Shown in pieces: positions 30,302 through 41,300 of a stretch of 64,000 bases of DNA. Source of the DNA: Hormoscilla sp. (lineage in GTDB: Bacteria > Cyanobacteriota > Cyanobacteriia > Cyanobacteriales > Desertifilaceae); NCBI GenBank assembly GCA_051439505.1, contig JBFRWI010000100.1, positions 69,424 through 133,423 on the forward strand, in the 5' to 3' direction. A program made the translations under genes and the position numbers. The notes under the pieces are model-generated. The model was not told where the DNA came from. It searched no databases and saw only the letters and a list, made by a program, of their open reading frames with translations. The stretch's first letter is position 1. Each line of letters begins with the position of its first letter.

Positions 30302-33028
30302 TTACAAACCATGACCGATGAGAATGAACGGTGCCCAGTAATAGGGGTGTTCGAGGTTTTGCTCGATGCCTGGAGTTTGACCTGTAATCAGAGCAATTTG
30401 CGCTTGACGTAACGCCTCGGTTTTGCTAAGATTGTCATTAAGCTGCTGATAAAATGTATCCATCAGGACGTGGGTGCCCAAATCGTCAACTTTCCATAGA
30501 GAGGCGATCGCGGCTTTAGCCCCAGTGCGTTGAATTTGATAGCCAAAGCCCAAAATTTCGTGGCCGTTTCCCTGGATACCGCCCACCGCAGTCTCGCAGG
30601 CACTGAACACGACTAAGTCTACATCGGGTAAGGACCAGTTTTCAATATCGTGCAGGGAAACCCGATCGCCATTGCCAAACAAGATAAAGGACTCTTCGGG
30701 ATGACCCTTGACAAAAGCGGCATGGGTGGCAAAATGGATAATATGGAACTTATTCAGGTGGGGAACCGTCGCCTCTGGACTGAATTCTTCGTCTACCAAT
30801 TTTGTGGTATTTTCAATTGTGTTGGCCAAGGTTTCCACCTCCAGTCCCGCAAAGGGTAATCCGGAAAATTCAAAGGCGCGATCGCGGACTTGGAAGCTAT
30901 GATTACCCTCTGCGAATGCAGCTGCTAACACTTGTGGTTCGTCCGCATGTTGGCTATCGAAATTAGTGAGGCTGACAGCGGTGATATTATTAATACCGAA
31001 GCGTTCGATCAGCCATTTATTCCCATCATACAGGGCCGCCAGGGGAATATATCGGAGTTGACCGTCCGCAGCATAAATGATAGTTTGAGCCTCAGCTTCC
31101 TGGAGATCCCGTTCGATGGGTTTTATTAACCAGTCATAGAACTGTTTCGCCGGAGACTGAACGAAAGGAACTGGTTTGCGGCGGGTCATCAAATTCCGCC
31201 GAAATTTCCCGATCGCCCGCTGGAAGTCTTGCTGGTTAACAGCAACAGTGCGACGGATGGGCGGCCCGTAACGGGTAACCAGAATCAACTCCAGTCGGTC
31301 TGGTAAAATCAAGGGATGGAGAATGACGGCATTTTCTTCCAGTCCATCCAGATAAGTATGCAACCTGTCGAGTCCTGTCAAATTGAGACTTTCTCCCCCC
31401 GTCCTTTCGTTAAGTTGTGCCGCCAGGGAGACAACCTCCCGAGATTTAATAAATTGGTTAAATTGCTTGGCGATCGCCCCTTGGGCCTGCTGCAACTCGA
31501 CGATCCGCTGTTGCTGGGCCCTTGTCCGTCGGGAGACGGGAATCTGTTGTAAGGAGGCCAGTTCTTTACCCAGTGCGACAGCTTCTGCTTGAATGCTACC
31601 ATGATTATCTAAGACTTCTTGTTCCGAGCCATGTAAATGCACCCCTTGGGCGGTTTGGGCGTTTCCCTCCATTTTCTGGAAATACTGGTGCAGTTCTTGC
31701 ACCTTGAGTAGATCGAGGATGTGGTGCGCTTCGGTCACCCGGTCTTGCTGTAGCAACAGACCTGCTAAATGGCGATAGGTATCGGCAACAGTTCCAGTGT
31801 AAGATTGCTGCTGTTGCAGGGATAGCACCTGCAAATCTTTGCGAATGGCTTCGGTGATGTTAACGGCTTGTTTGTAAAAGGCTATGGCTAATTCTAGCTG
31901 GTTTTGCTTCTCTAGAATCTCACCCATGTTGCCGAGGGCCACCACTTCTCCGGGCCGATCGCCCACTTCTTTGAGAATCACCAATGCTTGGTGATATAGT
32001 TCTAAAGCTTTGTCATACTCCCCCATACTTTTGTAAACTGTACCCAGGCTATCCAGGGTATTCCCAGTCCCGGCCCGATCGCCTATTTCTTGAAAAATTC
32101 CCAAAGCTTCATTTAGCACTTCTAGGGCTTTATCCTGCTGACCCAGGCGATCGTAAGTAAAGCCAATGTTATTGAGAGTGTTTCCCGTGGCCGGGCGATC
32201 GCCGAGTTCCTGAAAAATCTCCAAAGCTTGCTGATAAAAGTCCAAAGCTTTGTCATGCTGTTCTAAAGCAGTGTAAGCGAAACCCATGTTATGGAGGATT
32301 TTGCCTTCATTAGCGCGATCGCCCCTTTTGCGAATCAGATCCAGGGCCTGCTGATAGGAGTCCTGGGCTTCGGAATACTCGCCCAGGCGATGGTGAACGA
32401 CGCCGATATGATTGAGCAGCACCCCCTCGCCCTTGGGATTACCTAAATCTTGAAAAATAGTTAATGCTTGCTCGTATAACTCTCGTGCTGTGGGATATCG
32501 GCCCTGATTTTCGTATATTAATCCTAGATTATTCAGGGTACGTGCTGCACCGGGTTTGTCTCCTACTAGCTTGCGCAGGGTCAGGGCTTGTCGATATAAT
32601 AGTAAAGCCCGATCGTAATTACCCTGCTGTTGATAAACTCCCCCCATGCTATTGAGAGTGCTACCCGTCCCCCGGCGATCGCCTATTTCCTGACGAATAG
32701 CTAAAGCTTGGCTAAAGGACTCCAGGGCCCGATCGTACTCCCCCAATTTATAATATACTGCGCCAAGTTTGTGCAGGGTATTGCCAATTCTCGGGCGATC
32801 GCCCTGGTTGCGGCGCATTTCCAGAACCTGTCTATAATTTTGCAATGCTTCTCGATACTCGCCCCTGCCATACAGTTGGTTTCCCTCCAAGTATAGGCGA
32901 TCGGCTGCAGTTTTTGTCGGTGCTTGGGCAACAGTTGCTGCGATCTGAGTCACCCCCGGGAATGCAGGACTCAAGCATAGCAGTAGGGTAGCAGCAATTA
33001 GGCTCACATGGTTAAGACGGGGTTGCAT
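30302..33028 (-). CDS. Exported TPR + CHAT (caspase-like) protease
   Basis: Signal peptide from MQPRL; about nine TPR repeats; catalytic HFATHA and FSACETA; ASLWKVDD; HPYYWAPF. Confidence 0.93.
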   Translation of the reverse strand: MQPRLNHVSLIAATLLLCLSPAFPGVTQIAATVAQAPTKTAADRLYLEGNQLYGRGEYREALQNYRQVLEMRRNQGDRPRIGNTLHKLGAVYYKLGEYDRALESFSQALAIRQEIGDRRGTGSTLNSMGGVYQQQGNYDRALLLYRQALTLRKLVGDKPGAARTLNNLGLIYENQGRYPTARELYEQALTIFQDLGNPKGEGVLLNHIGVVHHRLGEYSEAQDSYQQALDLIRKRGDRANEGKILHNMGFAYTALEQHDKALDFYQQALEIFQELGDRPATGNTLNNIGFTYDRLGQQDKALEVLNEALGIFQEIGDRAGTGNTLDSLGTVYKSMGEYDKALELYHQALVILKEVGDRPGEVVALGNMGEILEKQNQLELAIAFYKQAVNITEAIRKDLQVLSLQQQQSYTGTVADTYRHLAGLLLQQDRVTEAHHILDLLKVQELHQYFQKMEGNAQTAQGVHLHGSEQEVLDNHGSIQAEAVALGKELASLQQIPVSRRTRAQQQRIVELQQAQGAIAKQFNQFIKSREVVSLAAQLNERTGGESLNLTGLDRLHTYLDGLEENAVILHPLILPDRLELILVTRYGPPIRRTVAVNQQDFQRAIGKFRRNLMTRRKPVPFVQSPAKQFYDWLIKPIERDLQEAEAQTIIYAADGQLRYIPLAALYDGNKWLIERFGINNITAVSLTNFDSQHADEPQVLAAAFAEGNHSFQVRDRAFEFSGLPFAGLEVETLANTIENTTKLVDEEFSPEATVPHLNKFHIIHFATHAAFVKGHPEESFILFGNGDRVSLHDIENWSLPDVDLVVFSACETAVGGIQGNGHEILGFGYQIQRTGAKAAIASLWKVDDLGTHVLMDTFYQQLNDNLSKTEALRQAQIALITGQTPGIEQNLEHPYYWAPFILIGHGL

Positions 33029-33239
33029 AATTAGTTCTCCACAAATATGAATAATTTTTCGTGCAAAATTATTTTTCTTTCGACCAAGGCAGGGAGCGAT
33101 CGCAAATATGTTAACCATACTTACGTCTCTCTACTATTAAAGCTAAAGCTAAAAAGTAAAGATCTCGGGTAGAAACCCAGGGTAAACGCACGCTTCGCTA
33201 AATTTGTATCTATAGCGAACCTCAATCATCAGTCAAGAC

Positions 33240-33452
33240 TTAGTTAACCTTGTTCGGATCTTCTTTTTCCTCCTCGGGCGCGATCGCCTCTTGGGGTTCT
33301 GGCGCTGGTGTCGGATCTTCATCATCATCGTCCAGCATTATCGTCTCTTGGTCCATAATCATCTCTGCTGGTTCCTGACAACTCGATACAGTTAAACACA
33401 AAAGTAGGATGCTAGCTCCTATGGGGACAATATATTTTATACGCGATCGCAT
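33240..33452 (-). CDS. Small acidic lipoprotein A (TIMLDDDDEDP motif)
   Basis: RBS GGAGGAAG; lipobox LTVSSC; paralogue at 33510-33704. Confidence 0.8.
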   Translation of the reverse strand: MRSRIKYIVPIGASILLLCLTVSSCQEPAEMIMDQETIMLDDDDEDPTPAPEPQEAIAPEEEKEDPNKVN

Positions 33453-33509
33453 TTTATCTTCCTCCGAACATGCTAACTGTTCGTAATCATATCATAACCT
33501 CGTCTATCT

Positions 33510-34119
<610 letters not shown>

Positions 34120-34195
34120 TTTTATCTTCCTCCCTGTGGTCTTGCACCAGTTGGTATGTGAATATTATACCCGCTCATGGTGGGCGGTGCCCACC

Positions 34196-34777
34196 CTACG
34201 ACTCTTCCTCCTCGAAATCATCATCGAAGAGAATAGTTACTTGACCCACTGCTAAGCAACCCGGAAGATTCGGTCCCGTAGGACAGGGAGTTAATAATTC
34301 CAGATTATCCCTAGTTTTTTCGACATTTCTCATGTCGTTAATTTCCTGAAAAATGGCTTGAGATTGCTGCACTAATTCGATCGCTCTATCTTTTTCTTTT
34401 AATTTATCGTAAACTAACCCCATATTGTTCAGAGTCTTAGCTTCCCCCGCCTTGTCCCCAATTTGCCTGCGTATTTCTAATGATTTCTGAAATGATGCTA
34501 ACGCCTGCTGATAATTTCCCTGCTGGTAATAAACGCCCCCCATGCTGTTCAGAGTCCGGCCAACCATTGCGATCGGGCCCGTTTCTCTGTAAATTGCTAA
34601 TGCTTGTTCCAATGTTGCCACAGTTGCATCCAGATCGGAGTTACGATAAGAAATAACTGCCTCTTGATAAATTCGATCGGGTTCTGCTTGGGTTGGTGCT
34701 GGTTCAGAGCAAGATGTCGTCAAGCAGAGTAGGGCCGTGGCCATAATTACGAGCCGGCGGTTAACAGGCGATCGCAT
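34196..34777 (-). CDS. TPR lipoprotein with C-terminal Cys pair and TILFDDDFEEEES tail
   Basis: MRS start; lipobox LTTSC; three TPRs; CPTGPNLPGC. Confidence 0.85.
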   Translation of the reverse strand: MRSPVNRRLVIMATALLCLTTSCSEPAPTQAEPDRIYQEAVISYRNSDLDATVATLEQALAIYRETGPIAMVGRTLNSMGGVYYQQGNYQQALASFQKSLEIRRQIGDKAGEAKTLNNMGLVYDKLKEKDRAIELVQQSQAIFQEINDMRNVEKTRDNLELLTPCPTGPNLPGCLAVGQVTILFDDDFEEEES

Positions 34778-34841
34778 AGTTATCTGATTCTCCCAATATA
34801 CTATACTAGATCCTGGCGGGCTTAACAATTGCTACAGTCAA

Positions 34842-35549
34842 ATGATACCGATTAGATCCAACATTACCACTTATCGCCAACCCATTAGTTGCTACCTGCT
34901 CATCGGTATCAATATTGCCCTATTCTGTTGGTTCGTAAAACTAGAGTTTGCCGGTAACTTGACCGATGTTGTCCGTAACTGGGGCGTACTCCCCGATCGC
35001 ATTAGCGCCGTAGCAGCAGACGCCTTTGGTTCGGACAACCCCGCAGTCTGGTTCGCACTCTTGCTAGTTTCCAGTTCGATTATACCAGCAATATTTCTCC
35101 ACGGCAGCTACGGTCAAATTCTCGGCAATACCATCTTCCTGTTCGTCTTTGGCCCCAAGCTTGAAGAAATGCTCGGCTCTTGGCGGTTTGTCCTCTTCTA
35201 TCTCACCTGTGGTATCCTCACTAGCGTGGTGCAAATTCTCGTCGAACCTACCCTGGCAGTGCCTTCGATCGGATCTAATGGGGCGATCGCCTCCCTACTA
35301 GGGGCCTACGTAACCAGCTTTCCCAAAGCCAAAATTGACAGCATCCTGCCCCTAGTAATAGTCTTCATCCCCATCGAATTACCAGCAACATTTTATCTGT
35401 TCTGGTGGTTCGTCCAGCAGGGGTTTTATGCCGTGGGACAGTTGGCGATCGCAGGAGGAGTCAATGCTTTCAGTCTGGGCTACTTAGCCCATGGCATGGG
35501 AATATTCATCGGTGCAGTTTTAATACGACTGATGGTCAAACGTTCGTAG
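34842..35549 (+). CDS. Rhomboid-family membrane protein, probably non-catalytic
   Basis: FLHG..ILGN..FG..LE; GSNG in place of GASG; LAHG. Confidence 0.85.
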   Translation: MIPIRSNITTYRQPISCYLLIGINIALFCWFVKLEFAGNLTDVVRNWGVLPDRISAVAADAFGSDNPAVWFALLLVSSSIIPAIFLHGSYGQILGNTIFLFVFGPKLEEMLGSWRFVLFYLTCGILTSVVQILVEPTLAVPSIGSNGAIASLLGAYVTSFPKAKIDSILPLVIVFIPIELPATFYLFWWFVQQGFYAVGQLAIAGGVNAFSLGYLAHGMGIFIGAVLIRLMVKRS

Positions 35550-35637
35550 GGTGGGTATTGCCCACCTTATCAATTGCGGGTTGTTGGTTGTCAGTTGCTA
35601 TCGCCGATAAGGACTAAAGTCCTTACTACGAACCTAT

Positions 35638-35877
35638 CTATAGTCCAAGTCCCAATTCCCAAGCCTGAGTCACCAGACTACTCAGCCAGCATCGGCTAGC
35701 CGGTTCTAGCAGACCGTCATCAGCTAACACCTCCGCTATCAACTGTTCTAAAGAACGCCCTTGGGAACGGGATACCTTGATCACCCCCGCGATCGCCGTT
35801 GCGACCAGTTCTTCATCCACCTGCTTTTCTTTGAGGGCGACAATTTCTTGAGTATTGCTGGGAATTTCATAATTCAT
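35638..35877 (-). CDS. Conserved cyanobacterial hypothetical protein
   Basis: VDEELVATAIAGVI..RSQGRSLEQLIAEVLADD pattern. Confidence 0.75.
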   Translation of the reverse strand: MNYEIPSNTQEIVALKEKQVDEELVATAIAGVIKVSRSQGRSLEQLIAEVLADDGLLEPASRCWLSSLVTQAWELGLGL

Positions 35878-36136
35878 GGCTGCTTATCCCTATTCATAAA
35901 AGTATGCTACAGATAAAGATGGCGAAAGCATCTACCCTAGCTAGTTTGGCAATCGTCCATTACCTATTCCAAATCGGAAATTGCTATCACAGAGTTTTTC
36001 ACTCCCTAGTCCAACGTACACTTCGTCCCGCAAAATGAGAGGAATGTAAAGTTTCTTAACATTATTTTCATCTGGGATTCTGTATTATAGCTTAATTTGT
36101 ACCCTTGTCAAGTCCGTTTCAAACAATTTTATGCCC

Positions 36137-38140
36137 ATGAAGGAATTACTTTATCTGGAAGTTCCCACCCCCGATCGGGCGGCGGTAACGGCCTGGTTAC
36201 AGCAGGAATACGATCCGGGGATGGGGGCCAAGCAGGTGGCCGCCGATGGCATCAGGCTGGAATTTGCTCAAAAAAGTTCCCAACCCGCAGCAGAAATCTC
36301 GATATTTGTCTGGTCGGTGCAGCGAACGACATACTTGAAGGCATTTCGCTGGTCAGACAGACCTCTCCAGCAGGAAAAACAGTTAATTGCTAAACTTCGT
36401 GCCGATCTCAGAAACAAGTTTCCCTATCAATATCCCGAACCGCCAGCAATTAACCTCTCCCAGCAAACCATATTTGACGCCCTGGTTGGCCAGTACCCCC
36501 TGACAGTCAAGTACTTTCAGAAAATGCCCAGGGGCGATTATCATCTCCAGCGGGTATATTGGTGGGAGCAGCGTTGGCGTCAAAGCGTCCGCAACCCCCA
36601 GAAACCTCAACAAGTAGTTTTTCCCCAGCAGCAAACAGCACCCAACACAGAGTACGACCTGATCTATATTGGGGGGGCTTTAGGGGTCATTCATGCAGCC
36701 AGAATGGCCCGGTTGGGCTATCGGGTGCTGCTGATCGAACGCTTACCCTTCGGACGGATGAACCGAGAGTGGAATATTTCTCGGGATGAGTTTCAAAGAA
36801 TCATTGACCTGGGTTTGTTTACTCCACAGGAATTTGAGCAGATCATTGCCCGGGAGTATATTGATGGATTTAATAAGTTCTTTGATTGTAACAACCCCAG
36901 TCACCTGAAAGCCAAAGTTTTACATACTCCAACTGTGCTGAATGTGGCCTTAGACTCGGAGAAGTTTTTGGACCTCTGCGGGCAAAAGCTGCGGGATGCT
37001 GGGGGTGTTATCTGGGATGAAACTGAGTTTATCCGGGCGGATGTTTCTCAAAATAATGTCCTAGTTCATCTGCAACATCTGCCCACGGGGGAACAACGTC
37101 AAGCAACCGGACGCCTGCTGGTGGATGCCATGGGCACCGCTTCCCCGATCGCCTGGCAGATGAACGGCGGACGTGCCTTCGATAGCGTTTGTCCTACCGT
37201 CGGAGGGGCGATCGCCAGTGGATTTGAACCGGGAGTCTGGGATTCTGATTACGGGGACGTACTCAACTCCCATGGAGACATTTCCCGGGGACGACAGTTA
37301 ATTTGGGAGTTATTTCCCGGCGCGGGAGAGGAACTGACGATTTATCTGTTCCATTACCATCAGGTCCATCCCGATAATCCCGGTTCTTTATTAGAAATGT
37401 ATGAAGATTTCTTTACAATTCTCCCGGAGTATCGTCGCTGCGATATGGACGAGTTGGTCTGGAAGAAACCCACTTTCGGATATATTCCCGGTCACTTTTC
37501 TGCCAGCAGTCGCGATCGCGCGATCGCCTACGATCGGATCCTGGCCATCGGCGACGCCGCCTCACTCCAGTCACCCCTAGTCTTCACCGGTTTTGGCTCC
37601 CTGGTCAGGAACCTGCCCCGTCTGACTGCACTTTTAGATACAGCCCTCAAGCATGACCTCTTGTCAGCCCAACATTTAAATCAAATCCGGGCTTACCAAA
37701 GCAACGTGGCCGTCACCTGGCTATTTTCCAAAGGGATGATGGTGCCCACAGGTCGCCACTTGCCCCCCGAACGGATCAATTCCATGCTGAATACCTTCTT
37801 TGGCCTGCTAGCAGAGGAACCGCCAGAAGTAGCAGATACCTTCATTAAAGACCGTACAGACTGGCTGACCTTCAATCGACTGGCCCTAAAAGCAGCTTTC
37901 ATGAATCCGGCCCTGTTATTATGGATTTGGGAAATGGCAGGTGCCAAGGATATGCTGCGTTGGTTAGGCAGCTACTTCAGCTTCACCGGAAGTGCCTTCG
38001 TCAACTTGTTGCTAGCAGGTTGGTTTCCCAGCTTCACCCGCTGGTGCCAACCTTGGTTAGAACGGAAGTATCCTGAACTGTGGCTGCGAATGCTGACTGT
38101 CAGCTACGGGCTGACTACGATGATGAAACGTCCGCTGTAG
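36137..38140 (+). CDS. cruA: Flavin-dependent lycopene cyclase, CruA-type
   Basis: YDLIYIGGALG; MNREWNISR; IGDAASLQSPLVFTGFG; ~667 aa with N-terminal extension, longer than CruP as I recall it. Confidence 0.7.
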   Translation: MKELLYLEVPTPDRAAVTAWLQQEYDPGMGAKQVAADGIRLEFAQKSSQPAAEISIFVWSVQRTTYLKAFRWSDRPLQQEKQLIAKLRADLRNKFPYQYPEPPAINLSQQTIFDALVGQYPLTVKYFQKMPRGDYHLQRVYWWEQRWRQSVRNPQKPQQVVFPQQQTAPNTEYDLIYIGGALGVIHAARMARLGYRVLLIERLPFGRMNREWNISRDEFQRIIDLGLFTPQEFEQIIAREYIDGFNKFFDCNNPSHLKAKVLHTPTVLNVALDSEKFLDLCGQKLRDAGGVIWDETEFIRADVSQNNVLVHLQHLPTGEQRQATGRLLVDAMGTASPIAWQMNGGRAFDSVCPTVGGAIASGFEPGVWDSDYGDVLNSHGDISRGRQLIWELFPGAGEELTIYLFHYHQVHPDNPGSLLEMYEDFFTILPEYRRCDMDELVWKKPTFGYIPGHFSASSRDRAIAYDRILAIGDAASLQSPLVFTGFGSLVRNLPRLTALLDTALKHDLLSAQHLNQIRAYQSNVAVTWLFSKGMMVPTGRHLPPERINSMLNTFFGLLAEEPPEVADTFIKDRTDWLTFNRLALKAAFMNPALLLWIWEMAGAKDMLRWLGSYFSFTGSAFVNLLLAGWFPSFTRWCQPWLERKYPELWLRMLTVSYGLTTMMKRPL

Positions 38141-38218
38141 GGTGGGCATCGCCCACCATCGGTCGCGACGATGATGAAACGTCCGCTGTAGGGTGGGCAT
38201 CGCCCACCATCAGTCGCG
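38117..38218. repeat. 51-bp tandem duplication of the cruA 3' end plus a REP hairpin
   Basis: ACGATGATGAAACGTCCGCTGTAGGGTGGGCATCGCCCACCATC appears twice. Confidence 0.85.
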
Positions 38219-38306
38219 ACGATAAGGCCAGAAACCGGGTTTCTATACTCCTTTTCCCATCCCCACCGAGATAGTTAAAGAAACCCGGTTTCTTTCTTCT
38301 ACGAAC

Positions 38307-41300
38307 TTAGAACACTTCCAAATCGAAGTGTACGAAACTGCCGTTCAACTCATCGGGTGCTGTCCGGTTAACCATGCCTAAGATCAGATTAGAGTCGGCA
38401 ATCCTGATAATACTATTGGTGCCCAATGATTCCAGAATTATATCATCTGTAGTTAATCCATCCGTGAGCCCGATCGCATCTTCTCCAACCCGAAAGTCCA
38501 CGAGGACATCAGCTTGGTTTCTGTTAACCACTGCTGTCTCAGGAGAGAGGACGAAAACATCACGGCCAGGACCGCCCAGGAGAATATCTTGACCAGATTC
38601 CCCACTTATCGTATCATCTCCTGCCCCGCCTTGGATTAGGTCATTCCCTCGACCTCCAAATAGCAAGTCATTCCCCATACCGCCAGTAACATTATCGGCA
38701 CCGGGACCAGCAAAGATAATATCATCTCCCGACATGCCGTTGATGCGATCGTCCCCACCGAAGGAAAGAATTAGATCCGCAGTCTGAGTGCCCATCAGCA
38801 TATCGTCCCCTGGGTTACCCCGGATGAGATTTACAAACTGGGGTGGCGGCGGATCGGCAGTGACTGTCACGCTGACTGTCGCCGTGTCAGTATTTCCCTC
38901 TCCGTCAGTGACAGTATACTCGAAGCTATCCATCCCCGTAAACTCTGGGTCTGGTTCGTATAGCAAATTCCCATTATCCTCAAGGATAATCGCGCCCCCG
39001 CCTGCCGTGCTGCTGCTAAAGTCAGCAATTTCCAGAGGGTCGTCAAGAGGATCCGAGTCGTTTTCCAGGACATTAATAGTAACGGGAGTAGCTTGGGGAG
39101 TGACTATGCGATCGTCCGATGCCACAGGGCGAGCAATTTCCGCTGCTAAAACCCCTGCATAAATCTCATGGCCCTTGGTCGTGGGATGGATATTGTCCCA
39201 GAAGAAAAAATCCTCTACATTTGCCGTCTCATCTACGATCTCCCCGTTGAGGACAAAGGGGTCGGTGATGTTAAAGAACCCAAATTCCTGGGGATTTGCT
39301 GCCACTTCGGAGCTGATGGCAAATAAATCCACTAAGATGACATCAACATCTTCGATATCCTCTTCCAGACTCGTCATGGTTTCTGATAACTCGGCATTGA
39401 ATGCCAGGCTGATATCGGCAAGTACCTCCACATCACCAGAGAAGTTCGCCAAAGGTGTTCTGTTCATAGGAGCCAAAAGAGGCACCACGATCGTTTCCGC
39501 GCCCAAATCAGCCAAAGTCGTCACAGCGGTAGCAATATTAGTCACCGCGTTTGTCACCGCCACCTCTGGATCTGCGGGGACTTCAGCGCCTAAGGCTGGA
39601 ATGAAATCATTGCCGCCAGCCCAAACCACGTATAATGCTTCGGAGTCTGCACCAACTGAATCAATAGCTTCAGCAAAGGTATCAATTTGGTCTAGTAATC
39701 CGGGGAATTCTAAGCCCAGGTCGGGGTCATCTAAGGTATTATCCCGTCCCGTTTTCGCCCCGCCCCAGGCAAAATTGCTATCCAGGTTGAAGCTTAAATC
39801 CAATTGGTCCGCCATAATTTCCACAGCCACTGGACCATTAGAAAGCCGCCCCTCGAAGTAGGGAGGACTGGGAGGAATTGGATTTCCGATGGTGCTAGTC
39901 AAGTTAAACAGATTACCCGTGTCCGATAAGCTGTCCCCAAACACGAACAAGGTTTTGCTTGACTCCGACTCACCACCAGAGATGAAGAATTGGGCCTGTT
40001 CCCAAACCGCCTCACCCACTTTGCGTCCGAGGATTAACCCCTCTTCGTTCCCAGGCTGATTATGAATTCCACCGTACAGGCGAGAGATTCCCGACTCATC
40101 TGCTGCTTCTGTAAAGGTATCCCAAGTCAGGGTCACTGGTTCTACGGGGATGAACCCCGGTTCAAACAGAGACTCTCCAGGGGGTGCCGTCACCGAGGCC
40201 CCAAATTCATCGCTACCTGTAAACAGCTGGAGAACTTCTGCTGCGGCAGCGCTGAAGGTGCTGTGTCCCGATACATATTCAGCGAAGGGAGGAGTGGGTC
40301 TTTCAAAGCTCTGGTAAGGGATAAATTCCGATCCATCAAGTTCGACAGTGCCCTGTTCCGGACCGCCCCAAGCTTCGATGGTTTCACCGCCAAACAGAGC
40401 CTCGATCGCCGTGATCGGACGCACGTAATCATAGAATACTTTGGATTCCCAGGCCGCAATCCCCGCATCCATGACAGCGTTGCCCAAGATGAAGAACATC
40501 TGGGCATCTTCATCGAGGGTGTTATCGTCCCGTTCGGAAACGAACTGACCAAAAGCCATCCATCTGCCGGGAGGAAAGGATGTTCCCGCGTCATCTTCCC
40601 AGAACTCGGCAATAATTTTTTGCTCGTCGGTGAGGTTGGCGTTGATCTCGATAACTTCCTGATGCATTCTCAGGTACTCCTCACTGCCAAACTCCGGCGG
40701 TGCTGGGGGTCGGAATTGGTCCCCTGATTCTAATCCAAAGGGAGTCACTAAGCCCCACTGAGGCGTGAGGGACTGTTGGACTACGCCATCTGGGTCTCGC
40801 AAAGGTACTAGCAGGGGTTGCCAGCGGTTCGGATCGACGATCTCCTCTCCCTGGGGAGGATTTACTGGCTCGTAACCTGTATAGTCGGAGTAGGGCAGAC
40901 CATCATTTAGATCCCCTAACTGGTTGGAACCGTCGTTGCGGCGAAAGTCGAGTAATGCCTGGGCCGAGACATTGCCAATGCCTGCGGGGGTAGTGGTATC
41001 GGTAGAGTCGTTCTCCGGGTCTAGGCCCAGTTGCTCCATGACGCTATTGAACAGATCTACCTCTGTGGGAAACAGGTCTTCCAGCACCCGATAGGCCGCA
41101 TAACTCATGGCCTCGGTTTTGTTTTCCGGGGTATTTTCCTCGGCGGGCCGTTGCAGGTCGTCACCCAACTGGGTGCCGAGGGCCTCTGGGTCGTAAGCTG
41201 CCCAGGCATCGAAGCTCGCCGTATGTACCATCGCGTAGGCGCGGGAGGCGATCGTCGGTCCTACAACTTTGCGGACTGTTTCGTGGACGGCCTCATCCCA

